Below are positions 27,106 to 42,394 of a stretch of 64,000 nucleotides of DNA, piece after piece. Positions within the stretch are counted from its first letter, which is position 1. Every line of letters begins with the position of its first letter. The notes beneath the pieces were generated by a model, which was given only the letters and a program-made list of their open reading frames with translations, searched no databases and was not told the DNA's origin. Location of the stretch: assembly GCF_009914755.1 (NCBI RefSeq), contig NC_060926.1, one strand, 5' to 3'. The DNA comes from the human T2T-CHM13v2.0 reference genome, Homo sapiens. The translations under genes and the position numbers were made by a program.

Positions 27106-27326
27106 GTAATGGCAGCATTCTTCCTGCTTACAAATTCTTAGATCTGAGTTTTTAGATCCCCTAAGACTATCATCAGTTCAGTGCTTATCCAGACAACCCA
27201 GAATTTTTTATTAAACAATTATCATGACAGCAGTCTGCTAGATCCCAGGTGATATAAAAATGGATTTTTTTCCCCTAACATTTTTGAAGAAAGAGTGTCA
27301 TATATGTGCATAGACAAGATACATTA

Positions 27327-27740
<414 letters not shown>

Positions 27741-27815
27741 CTAAGCTGGGAGATGGGAGAGGTTTGAAACAGTATTTGGAACACAAAACTCAACAATGCT
27801 ATCTGCTCTTCGTAG

Positions 27816-27938
27816 ATGTTGACGAATGCCTGAGGCCGGACGTCTGTGGGGAGGGGCACTGTGTCAATACTGTGGGGGCCTTCCGGTGTGAATACTGTGA
27901 CAGCGGGTACCGCATGACTCAGAGAGGCCGTTGTGAGG
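27816..27938 (+). CDS. LTBP1: LTBP1 cbEGF exon (DVDECLRPDVCGEGHCVNTVGAFRCEYCDSGYRMTQRGRCE)
   Basis: cgtag|AT, GAGG|gtgagt; 123 nt. Confidence 0.97.
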
Positions 27939-28495
27939 GTGAGTCAGCTGAGAGTGTTCAGCACACATGACGGTGATGTGCAGGGTTGGTAGGCACCTTG
28001 CCTGGTTCTTGTTTCCTTCCCACACTCAGTGCGTGACACCAGTTTATCCAAGCTCTTTCTGCTTCCTAGATTCACAGGCTCTTTGCCTCTTCCTTTCACT
28101 GGCTCTTTTGGGATTATTTTCCATCTTCATGCTCTCATTATTTTTCACCTCAATATCTGCCTCTCTGGTATTTGGAATGAAATCACCATAGAATGATTAA
28201 TTGCATCATATTTAGTAGAAACACAGACTTAATTACAGAGTCCGGACCATTCATCTGGGAACATGCTGCAGGTGTAACCAGTGTTGATTTTTTGTTTTTG
28301 ACCTTTTCACCTACTTACATTCCTTTGTCTCCAATGCTTTCTTTTACATGTGTTCTGGTACTTTCTCACAGACTCCCCAAGAAGCATGGTCTGACAAACT
28401 TTGGTCAGATTCCAACTGTGCTTAATAAAATTTCCTCATTATTGACCACAGCAATGAGCTTTCTCTCATTATAAAAATGTTATAAAAAGTATTTA

Positions 28496-28894
<399 letters not shown>

Positions 28895-29764
28895 CTATGG
28901 CACTTTTTTTGCAATTATTTTCATGAAGAAATACACTGACCTTCTGCTAAAAACCTGTCATGGAAATATGAGGGTGAAGGAACACGGGATCTGTGAGGGC
29001 ACGGGAGCATGGTGCTGGTTCCTTGGGGTTCCCTGCCTGGCTGTCAGCAGAGCCTAATAGATCTGGGCTCTGTTAGGTGGGGCAGGATGGACTAGGTTGG
29101 CACAGCCAGCCCTCAGCTGTCCCCTGGCTTCTGCCTGTTGGTTTTCTTCACTGCTCTAATGACCCAGGCCTGGAGGGAGAGCTAATTAGACATTTTTTGG
29201 CAGCCTACACTTGCCCCTCCTGCTGGTGTCTTGCCTCTGCCCCTTGGGTTCTAATCTAGAGAGAAGTGGGAGTGTTTTATGTTGCTGGATCTCTGATCAG
29301 CATGGAGTTTTGTACCCTCCCCGAGGGCCACGAGGCTACAGAACAAGCACAGGTGTCAAGTGTCTCCACGCTGCTCTTCCAGGGAACTCTCCTCTGCTGA
29401 AGAGATGCAGCGTGGGAGCAGCTCACCACGCCCACAGTAACTGCCTGACCTGCAGCCACTGACTTTGCCCCTTTGAAACGTAGTACATCATCTGTAAAAT
29501 AGGAACCATGAAGTTAACTTTCCAGGTTTTCATGAAAATAACTTCATGTTGCCATAACTTGTATGATGCCTGTCACTTTGTTAGTTTTCAAGAAGTTATA
29601 GTTTCTTTAAATCTCCCCCCATCCCTGACTCCTTTTGTGTTTGTATAGATCTCAAGCACCTCTGTAGTTGCGGGGAGTGCTTTAAAAAAATGGGGTGTTT
29701 ATTTGACAAGCATTTATGTGCAGAGCAGTATCCCCCAACCCCCAACAAAGAAGTCAAATACTGA

Positions 29765-30205
<441 letters not shown>

Positions 30206-32111
30206 CAAATACTGATTCTTAAGTTCTACACACGGGTCAAGAATGGAAAGATAAGATACTTAAGTAATAGGATGGAAAGGAATAGAAAATAAATTGGAAA
30301 ATTATGTACTTAAATTGGAAGCTTGTAGGAGAATATTCGGTGATATTCAATATATGAAAATTATTTGGGAGAAAGATGACTAGCGTTCCCTGAGTAAATA
30401 ATATATAATTCTATCCCCATGAAAAGTCTTGAAAAGAAGAAGGAGCCAAGAAACGCGGCTGTTTTCAAATTTCATCATGGACTAGAACCAAACGTCCCCG
30501 GGCTTCTGGCACACAGAAGATTTTCTCAGCTGTCACTAACGAAGTTGCTTTCAAATAGCACCAGTCTCCAAGGAGTCTATTGTAGTTTACAGACATTATC
30601 TCATGCATCCTTACTTTATTCTGTTAAGGTATTATAAGGCAGGTAGTTCCTAATTTATAGAAGAGGGGAAAAGCCGAGGTGAGAGCAGGTAGAAATTCAG
30701 GGACATTATCTTGTATTGCTCAACATTGCACCCTATTTATTGGGCTAGCCTGTCTCGATGGCATTCTCTGATTTAGCAGTTGTAGTTCTATTTTTTTGAA
30801 ATATCCCATCCAGAGGAGAATGTAATGCTATTTGGAAAATGAAACTGGCAAGCACCATCTTTTTGTAGAACAAGAAGTCCCAGAACATCTGACCTAAAAA
30901 AACCACTATGTATCATTGGCCATTGGCAAGAATTTTTACTGATAGAAAAAAAATTACAACACTGACCTGGTGCTTATTTTGTTAATATCATCTTTAACTT
31001 TTTCACTTTAAGTATCTTTTCACATGTCTAATGGTATGCAGTGGGAGATAATTTTTAAGTATTTACTAGAATGTAGACATCACATACCCATGGATATTTA
31101 GTGGACCCATTATATATTTCTTTCTTTTTTTGTTTCTCTAGTTTATGTCCTGAAAATCCGTTTATATTTTAAGTACGATTAAAGGTCATATATACATTGT
31201 GTATTGGGATACTTAAACATTAAATCCACTCATATAAATTCAAGATCCACCTCAGAAAAAACACTTATTTCAAATGCAGCTAGAAGCCATGGTGTTAACA
31301 CTTATTTTAAACTGTTGAACTCTCTCTTATATCTTTTTCCTCATTTTATTGTTTGACAATTTTTAAAAATGCCTCAAGCTGTCGTAGTTATCTCCTCACA
31401 GACTTAACCATATTTTAGGAGATTTTTTTCTCCCCAAATTGGAAAGAATGATGATTAATGACTTCAGTTAGCTATGAATATGAAAAGTAAGGTGTATTTT
31501 TACCAGAAAATATTACCATATGGTCATATCACCGTGTTTTCTGGAAAGGCTTGGAAGTATGTGATGAGTTCACTCTCTCCTCATGTTTTCTTTTTTTCCA
31601 CCTCCAAGGAATTCCTGTCATATGAAAGGTTTTAAATTATTCCAACCTAGGATATTCTTGGGCCCATGAAGCCAAAGTGAGAATTTCCCTAGAGCATCCA
31701 ATGTTTGCAGAGAGAACCTCTAGCTGGGTGGATACATAGCTTCCTCACACTCACCCCCATTCTTTGTATTTCTTTCTGGAAAGCTGTGCTATTACTTGAA
31801 AGGTTTCATGTCCAGAAATTGGCCCTAGAGGAGCTGCCAACTCCCAGAGTGGAGAGGCCAGGTCCTGCTAGTTGAAGAATTGGGGCCAGGTTCTTCCTTG
31901 GAATGTATGCAAATATTTTAATCCAGGTATGCTTGACCATGCATTATTGCCATGTATTTAAGTATAGACCCAATGTCTCACTTACCCAATTATTGTTTTT
32001 CCCACTGAAATGTAGATATAACATGCTTTCCCCCGCTGCCTTCATCACAAAGTAAGATTTTGCTTTGGTATTCTGATAAAATGTTCACGACCTAGGTTTT
32101 TGATTTTTCAG

Positions 32112-32231
32112 ATATTGATGAATGTTTGAATCCAAGCACTTGTCCAGATGAGCAGTGTGTGAATTCTCCTGGATCTTACCAGTGCGTTCCCTGCACAGAA
32201 GGATTCCGAGGCTGGAATGGACAGTGCCTTG
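32112..32231 (+). CDS. LTBP1: LTBP1 cbEGF exon ([40 protein letters not shown])
   Basis: tttttcag|AT, TTG|gtaggt; 120 nt; absent from the supplied ORF track, translated by hand. Confidence 0.96.
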
Positions 32232-32859
32232 GTAGGTACTATAGTGTACTTATCAAAGATTTGTTTCTTCTGCATGGCCCATTTTCTGATAGAGTGGTGT
32301 AATGCCAATGGAGCCCTCTTTCAAAATGAAAAAATGAAATCTTACATCATTCTAAGAAAAGTTCCCAGTAACTTTTAACCATTGAGAAAATAAGAAAATG
32401 ACTTAGCATAAAGGATGTAAGATTCTCGATGGGGAAAATAATTAGGATTGAAACAAACTGATATTCCTAATGAGATAAATATCCAAAACCAAATAAGATA
32501 GTAAGGTCTACAGGAAGGAAGAGAGATGGAGAGCAAAACACTTAAAAAGAGAGAAGAAGCATCTACCACAGACAAGTAGAATTAGGTAACACACACACAC
32601 AAATTTTCAACAGAAGTATCAAAGGTAGTGCTTTAGGCACTGAGGAAGACAGAGTAATGTATTTGCTTTGATTCTAATTACCCGTGCTGTAGTTAGCTCT
32701 GCCCCTTAATGGTTTTCATTTGTGTCTACCATGTAATCTTTTTCCCTAAAACTTGAACTCTTTTCCACTCCATACCAAAACTCTGAATATGTGAGTTAAA
32801 CTTTTCATTCATTCATTCCTTCTTTCCTTTCTCCCTCAAATGCTTAAGAACTTACTATA

Positions 32860-33160
32860 GGCTATGCATGGTGGCTCATGCCTGTAATCCCAGAACTTTG
32901 GAAGGCCGAGGCACGAGGATCACTTGAGGCCAGGAGTTTGACACCAGCCTGGGCAGCATAGCAAGACCTCATCTCTACAAAACATTAAAAAACTTACCTG
33001 GGCTTCGTGGGGTGTGTGCCTGTAATCTCAGCTACTTGAAGGCTGAGGTGGGAGGATCGCTTGAGTCCAGGAGTTCAAGGTTTCAGTGAGCTATGATTGT
33101 GCCACTGCTCTCCAGCCCGAGTGACAGTGAGACCCTGTCTCTAAAATATGAAACAAAAGG
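32860..33160 (+). mobile_element. AluJ
   Basis: ggaggatcgcttgagtccaggagttcaagg...agctatgatt AluJ diagnostics. Confidence 0.9.
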
Positions 33161-34131
33161 CAAAACTTACTGTATATCCCCAGAGTTGTACTAAGTTCTG
33201 GGATATATTGAGAGGAAAAACTGATATGACCCCTTCCTTTTGGTACTTACTGTCTGGTGGGGGAGACTGACATGCACTCAAACATCTCACAGATAAATGC
33301 AAACTCACAGATTTGAGACAAGCACTAGAAAGGAGGGTTCTATGATGCTGTGAGAGCATATGATAGAATGAGCTGCCCTTAGGAAAATTCTTGAGTTGAG
33401 GTTCAACTGGTGAGGGGGTGGGAGGGAGAACATTTCAGGCACAGTAAACAGCATATGCAAGAGGCTCGTGGAAGAAGAAGAGAGCAGAAGGCCAGTGTAG
33501 CTGAAGGCCAGAGAACACAGGAAGATTTGCTGCAAGATGAGAGGACAGACCACTGAAAAATTTAAAGCCCTCTTAGTCCTGTTAAAACTGACGGTCTTCA
33601 TTCTCATAGCCCTGGGAAGACATTTAGGTGTTTTAATGGGGGTTGCAGAAGTACTCTCAGTTTTAAAGCTTTAGTCTCATCACCAAACAGCATCAGCTCA
33701 GACTCTGTAGCTGGTACGGAGAGCTCCGTGTCCTGAGCCCCTAGGCCCATCCCCAACCCAAGAGTCTCTGCTGATGGAGTTGTGAGATGTAGTCTTTGAA
33801 GAAAAGATTTTTATTCATTAGTTTTTTATTTGATAAGCAATTGTTTTTGTAACTGGTGCTGACCAAAAAGTATTAATATATATGGTTTCAGTTTTCCCAT
33901 TTGGCATAAATTTCATACTTGCCTATCAAGGTTCCATGCGTATTCTCATTTTCACATCCTGATAAATAATCCAGGAGCAGAGCCGGAACTCTACCTTAAA
34001 TAACTACAATTCATAATAGTAGTGTAAACGCAGCCCTGATTCATGAATTTATTAGTGGAATGTGACTGATCAAATTGGCAAGTGATTGTTCTTCAATATA
34101 AATAATACTAAATGAATTCTTATACCTATAT

Positions 34132-34162
<31 letters not shown>

Positions 34163-34853
34163 CTTTAGTGATAGAAGCACAGCACCTCATTTAAAACTAA
34201 TTTTACTTTGTCAACCAGATGAGTAGAATCATAAGCAGAAATATTAGATCACTGCATTTCTCAATTCAGCCAAAGTCCCACATTTAGCCCCTTGTTTTGT
34301 TTTTGCGTTGCTGAGGTCATGTATTTCCTATTGTTAAATGGAGGCAGTGTCCTTTATCTTTCTGCTTTGGGTAAAATTTTAGGCTCTACATAATCTACAA
34401 ATGAAGCCACTCCCCCAAGATTTAATTGCAGTTCCATCCATTGTTCATATTGGACTTGCAGCTCTTCTAAATTTCTCATGAGGGCCTTTGCAGGTTATAC
34501 TGAAATAGATTTTCCATCTTAATTTTTTATAGTAGTAGAGCTTTCAAATGTCGAGAAGTTGACTGTGACAAAAAGCAGATATTGCAGCATGCCTTTCTAC
34601 TTACATTGAACCAATGGGTGGGTTGGAATTTTCTGCTAAACTCTGACCATGTTAATGACTGCCCAGCCCTAGCTTTGTACTTCTGGTACTCTAAAATACC
34701 TTTCAGAAGGTGCAGTCTTGTCTTAAGCCTAGTTTTGAGTTGAGCTCATCACTAACATAACTGGATATATATTCATTCATTTAACAAATACTGAGTGTCT
34801 ACCTTGTGCCAGGTATTTTTCCAGAACACTGGGGATTGAGAGTGACTAAAATA

Positions 34854-35210
<357 letters not shown>

Positions 35211-35498
35211 TTACGTCGTGCTTACAAATAAACACATAAGCAAGTACAATATATAGGATGTCAGATGTGATGCATGACGTGAAGAAAAGTAAAGTAAAAG
35301 ATTCAGAGTCTTTAGAGATCCCTTGGTGGTCAGGATAGTCAAATGCTAAGTTATTAACATGCTCTTCCTGGCTAGTCATTTGTTTTGTCTCTAACTGTTA
35401 CCTGTGATTATATCCTTTTAGTTCTGATAATATAGGATATATTGATGAAATTTTTGCCCCAATTGTTAATGAAAATTCTCCGTGATAACATTAAAGAC

Positions 35499-35803
35499 TT
35501 TTTTTTTTTTTTTTTTTTTTTTTGAGACGGAGTCTCGCTCTTTCGCCCAGGCTGAAGTGGAGTGGCGCCATCTCAGCTCACTGCAACCTCCACCTCCCGG
35601 ATTCACGCCATTCTCCTACCTCAGCCTCCTGAGTAACTGGGACTACAGGCGCCCGCCACCACGCCTGGCTAATTTTTTGTATTTTTAGTAGAGACGGGGT
35701 TTCACCATGTTAGCCAGGATGGTCTGGATCTCCTGACCTCATGATCCACCCGCCTCGGCCTCCCAAAGTGCTGGGATTACAGGCGTGAGCCACCGTGCCC
35801 GGT
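35499..35803 (-). mobile_element. AluY-like
   Basis: Full dimer. Confidence 0.93.
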
Positions 35804-37084
35804 CATTAAAAAGTTTCCTGCAATCACACCATTTTGGTGAAAAATCCTACATTTGTCATTTGTTAGTTGCCATCTGTAGAGATGATAATGTCTATCTCAC
35901 AGGGCTGCCGTGTTCCATAAATGTTAGTGTCTTTTTTTCTAACTCTCCTCTCACTGAGTACATGTTTTTACATTGTTATAATCAAACATGTACAATGTTT
36001 TATATAACATTTCTTAAATTTCACATTATGCTTATAGTTTTTTTTCTAAACTGGTCTATCTTCACGTTGATTTGACTCTCTTTCTATTGAATGACTTCAT
36101 TAAGCATTGCTATTCAACCCCTATATTCTGCAGGGATTTTATACCAGTTACACTTTCTGCTTCTTTCACAGACTAAATGATGAACTTGGTGAAACCGTTA
36201 ATGGCCTCTTTGTATTCATGACATGTAAGCTGGATCTTACTGATTGATGCTTCTCCTTGATTTATAAATTAGAGCAGAAATTGTTTTGGGCAGAAATAGG
36301 CAAAATGTTAGCAGGTGTTTTCTGAGGGACTACATTTTTTCCCTAGTGTTTAGCTCAGGTCATACAATCCCTCATCCTCAATAGTTTATTATCCACTTCA
36401 AATATCTATCATTTCAGACTGTACCTAACACACATCATCCCTAATGCTTTTTGGCAACTCTTGTTGGCTCTTCTGTTAACGTAGCTTCTTCTTTCAAGTC
36501 GTGGATTTCATTCTTCTCTAGAGAGTCACGTTCGTCATTCGGCACTGTATTCCTTGGACCTGACATTCAGCCTGGAGTTGCTGCCCACTCGATCCCCACC
36601 TTTAATGACTATTTCATCACTCTGGGTTCTGGCCAGTTCCAAATGGCTATTTCAACCAAGTCCTTTCTTAAGGGAAGCCACCCTGTCAGGTACTCAATTT
36701 ACAGGTTCTTCTTGGCTTGTGGAGATCTGGCCTGATTGAAACCCGATGAGAGCCATCCCCCAAGGAAACTCTCTAATATTTAATTATTTAAAGATACATT
36801 TGATATTGCTAATGTAGAGATCTTAGTTCCCTGAATTTAGACAGAGTTTGGGCTACATGACCTCTCTGAAGCTTAGTTTTATTATCTGTAAAATGGGGAT
36901 TGAAATACTTGCTGTTTAAGCTTTCTTGCCAGAATGAAGTAAGCAATATGAAGCACCTAGTAGGCATCTGACATATGGTGGAACCCCATCCATGCTACAA
37001 CCCTTTTTCCCCAACTATTACCCTCCTCTATACTGCTCTTGTCCTCAAACATAAGAGATGCAGTAATAACTGGTACTTGGTAAA

Positions 37085-37816
<732 letters not shown>

Positions 37817-37868
37817 TTTTGGAGCATTCTTTTATGAATGTAAATAATTTTGTGGTTCCTGTTCAATA

Positions 37869-37957
37869 TCTCCCATCCAAATACTAACTGGGGCCACCCT
37901 GCTTAGCTTCCAAGGTCAGACTAGATCGGGCACGTTCAGGGTGATATGTCTGTTGAC
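37869..37957 (-). pseudogene. 5S rRNA pseudogene, 3'-truncated
   Basis: Reverse complement GTCAACAGACATATCACCCTGAACGTGCCCGATCTAGTCTGACCTTGGAAGCTAAGCAGGGTGG...TTGGATGGGAGA is collinear with human 5S rRNA nt 1-~90 with multiple substitutions. Confidence 0.92.
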
Positions 37958-38746
37958 TCCTTCCAACTTCTTAGTGTTCTTACTTAGCTGGAATATACTT
38001 CTTGGGAGCCATGATACTTCTCTGTAGGGTCATTAGTGATTCCTAACAAATGTTCAGGCATCTATAATAATGCTGCTATTTCCATTCCTGTACTTTATTG
38101 TCTCTGCTCACCTTCACAAGGCAGAATATGCCACCTATTGGATATATGCAGCTAGCCTTTTGGGGGTTGTCTTGCTTTGTAGTTCAGTTTGTGATAGAAC
38201 TTGAGACCCGGTAACACAAAATTCTGAGATTTTGTCAGTGTAATCTTTCTTTTTTAACCCCTGATTAAGTTGAGAATGACTTTCTGACTCCCATTTAAAC
38301 TCTGTGAATGTAGGTCTTGGGTATTTGAAGAATTTAGTATCATTCAGTCTACTTGACAACTGATTAGCTACAGTCTTAACCAAGACCTGGCACAGAGAAC
38401 TTGAAGAATAAACTTGGACAGAAAACATGGAGAACTCATTGTTCTAGAAGTTCTTTTCACACTAAGCTTTATTTTCAGATTTGAAGATTCAGTGTTAACT
38501 TTCATGGCTTATATGAATATTCATAGACTAATCCAAAATTGAAGACTTGGTACAGCAGATATTTGTTTTATAGAAGATTGCAACTGAGTACAGCATGTAC
38601 CTTTTTCATATTTTATGTGCAAACATTAGCTTTATCCCTACATTATTATATGCTAAAGGATGCTTCTAATCAATCACTAAGCTATTTATTGAGCTGTTGT
38701 CTGTGTATCTATATGCCAGAGAAGATTGGCAGTTATAAAAACACCC

Positions 38747-39192
38747 ACCCAAATGTCCAACAATGATAGACTGGATTAAGAAAACGTGGCACGTATACAC
38801 CATGGAATACTATGCAGCCATAAAAAATGATGAGTTCATGTCCTTTGTAGGGACAGGGATGAAGCTGGAAACCATCATTCTCAGCAAACTATCGCAAGGA
38901 CAAAAAACCAAACACCGCATGTTCTCACTCATAGGTGGGAATTGAACAATGAGAACACATGGACACAGGAAGGGGAACATCACACACCAGGACCTGTTGT
39001 GGGGTGAGGGGAGGGGGAAGAGATAGCATTAGGAGATATACCTAATGTTAAATGAAGAGTTAATGGGTGCAGCACACCAACATGGCACATGTATACATAC
39101 GTAACAAACCTGCACGTTGTGCACATGTACCCTAAAACTTAAAAGTATAATAAAAATAAAATAAAAACAACAACAACAACAACAACAACAAC
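38747..39192 (+). mobile_element. 5'-truncated L1PA (about L1PA4-5) 3' end with (CAA)n tail
   Basis: End of ORF2 ([21 protein letters not shown]) plus 3' UTR to AATAAA. Confidence 0.9.
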
Positions 39193-40642
39193 TTTTGAAA
39201 GCAGGCAGCATGGTTTGTGGGAACATTAATTATTATAACAAAATCCTTCTCATTATATAGTTTATGAAGGTTTTGACATGATGGCATCATTTGATCCTCA
39301 CAGTAGTCATCTCTGTAGTACAAGTGTGGAAATTGATTCCCAAACAAGTGAATGGGCTAACTAAAGGTTATAGGTAATAAATGTCAGAACTAGGATGTGA
39401 CCTCTGATCTTTTATCTCTAAATCCAGTGTTTTGTTCTGTACAATGTCTCATGTACCCTTCGTGTACACGTAAGAAAACTAAAGAACAAAACAATATAAT
39501 GAAGACAATAAGGAAAATAAAAGAGCATAGAAAGGAGAAAGCCACATGGGCTGGAATCATCCCTTGCAAGCAGCAGTAACAATGTCTTGAGGATTCTAGA
39601 GTTTGAGACAGCAAGTCTGCACCATATGTAGTGGCAGTTGAGTTTTGCTGAAAGATAAAATGCTCCTTTGGAAAGGTGAGGTAGGAAGCCAATAATTTGG
39701 TGGGATTAGTGATTGGATTTTTCTGAGATCATCCTTGGCTCTTTATGTAGGATGTGCATAGCATTCATTGGTTCTTCTCCAGTTCTGCAAAGCCGTGATG
39801 ATTCTTTGAGGATTATGTAACAAATGTTTGTCAGCAGCTCTGCTGCTACTACCACATATTTTAACTTCATCAGAATTGACAGAGGGGGTGTGAGATTCTG
39901 AGGATCTACTATACCTCAAATGCAGTTGAGGTGGTTTCATCACACTGGCTGGACCAACATCTGTCTCTCATTTTGCCATGCTTGCTTTTCTGCCAAATAT
40001 GTTCTTCCATCTTCTTTAATATAAAAGATTATGTGTGAAGAATAGTTGAGGAGTCGCTGGAGTAATGACACATTTGGGGTAGGGGATAATCCTGTGTTTT
40101 CATGTAGCTGTAGTGCTAGAATAAGATGCTTTATCCCTATCTCAAGTGGTACTCACTCACTGAAGCCTGTATTGGTGATTAAGGAACAAATTGAATTTGG
40201 ATAGCCTTAGAGAAATAATTGGCTATGTTGACATACTCATCTCATTGAAAGTACAGGAAGTAATACCGGTAAATTACTGCTCCGGGACAAATTCTAGCCA
40301 ACCCCAAGCAGCTGCTACATGAAATGTAAGTGAGCACAGGCTGGGGAGAACATGACTGGGTGACATCAGCCACTGAATACCCTCTGTACATGGTGGGCTG
40401 TGCCCACCAGGGAGGGGCTTGAGACAGTCTGGTATGTTCCCAGGATATTAGGAAGGGAAATTTTAAATTTTAAAAGGTTCTTCACCCAGATGAATTACAC
40501 CCCAAGGCAACGAGACAATGAGCCAGGTGGGATTACTGGCCAGCTGGGAGTCATCTCTGTGAAATTGTGGAGAATTGATAGTTACCAGAGGATACGGAGA
40601 GAGTAATGTTCTCATTTCCCCGCAAAAAGAAAAGAAGTTGGA

Positions 40643-40991
<349 letters not shown>

Positions 40992-41421
40992 TTAATCTTG
41001 ACAAAGAACTGTAGAATGCATGATTCAAATGATGAGATGAAACATTTTAAAAAGGAAGTGATGATTATAAGAACCAGTCAGGATTCGTTAAGGATAAATC
41101 ATGCTAGACTGTCCTGACTGCCTTTCCTGATACAGTGATTAGATGAGTAGACCAGGAAATTCTGTGGGCATGGCACATCTAGTTTTCAACAATGTACTTG
41201 TTAGAGTCTCTCTGGGCACTGTAGATGAGAAGGATCAATTTGGATTGGGTGATAAGATTGTAAGATGGATGCATACATCTTTGAACTATCTGCCTACCAA
41301 GTCTGACCTGATACCTCGGCAAGTTTCTTACCCTGGGAGGTTTAATTAATTCATTGAGTGGCAAATGCCAAATTGTTATGTCTCAAAAGCCCATTGGTAA
41401 ATTGTTTGAGATTTAGAATCC

Positions 41422-41734
41422 ATTTTTCTTTTCTTTCTTTTTTTATTTTTTAAAGTGTCAAGGTCTTGTCCAGGCTGGAGTACAACAGCATGATCACAGC
41501 TCACTGCAGTCTCTAACTCCTGGGCTCCAGTGATTCTCCTGCCTCAGCCTCCCAAGTAGCTGGGACTACAGGCACGCACCACCACACTCAGCTAATTTAA
41601 AAAAAAATTTTGTGTGTGGAGACAGGGGCTTGCTGTGGTGGCCAGACTGGTCTCAAACTCTTGTCCTCAAGCAGCCCTCCCACCTCAGCCTCCTGAGTTT
41701 CTAGGATTATAGACAAGAGCCACCACACCTGGCT
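41422..41734 (-). mobile_element. AluJ
   Basis: Diverged Alu dimer. Confidence 0.88.
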
Positions 41735-41991
41735 AGAACCAATTTTTTTTATCAACACTGTTTTTTATTATATTTCCTAACAGATAAAACGCAAAGGCCT
41801 GTTGAACTCATTATGTATATGCACTGGAAGAATTTGGGTAATATGAACATTCTGTAAGACCATATCTTAGAGTAAGACAAATTTTGAGCTCTACCATGAA
41901 AACCAGAGGCATAATCATCTCCCTCTGCTTCAGGGAAAAGGCAACCATGGGGTGGATGGTGGGGTGGGTAGGCACCACCTGCTTCCTTCAT

Positions 41992-42394
41992 AACCCATTT
42001 TGTGTTGCTGTAACGGAACACCTTGAGACTAGGTCATTTATGAAGAAGAGAGGTTTATTGATTTAGCTCATGGTTCTGGAGACTGGCAAATTCAAGATCA
42101 GATGGCCACTTCTGGTGAGAGCCTTGTGCTGCGTCTTAATATGCTGGAGAAGTGGCAGGTGAAGCAAGTGCATGCAAAGAGAGCAAAACACAGAGGCAAC
42201 CTCACTTTATAACAATCCACTCTCTTGGGAACAATTTCATTCCCACGAGAACTAACCCAGTCTCGAGAGAAAGACATTCATCTATCTTAATGAACTAATC
42301 ACCTCTTAAAAGCACGACTTCCCTATGCTGCCACCTTGACAACCAAGCCTCAACATGAGTTTTAGCAGGGACAAACCATTTTCAAAGCATAGCA
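41992..42394 (-). mobile_element. MaLR LTR (MLT1A/MST-like)
   Basis: tgttgctgtaac...agaggtttattg...gctcatggttctggagactgg...caacatgagttttagcagggacaaacc. Confidence 0.7.

Noticed and set aside
32232-32241. Tandem donor GTAG|GTACT (+4 nt)
   Set aside because: Common pattern; the second site is weak and would shift the frame.
36441-36566. 41-aa acidic minus-strand ORF (MSGPRNTVPNDERDSLEKNEIHDLKEEATLTEEPTRVAKKH)
   Set aside because: Looks protein-like but is short enough to arise by chance; no poly(A), TSD or recognised homologue. A tBLASTn search would settle it.
37869-37957. Functional 5S rRNA gene
   Set aside because: Lacks the 3' ~30 nt and terminator and has many substitutions; annotated as a pseudogene.
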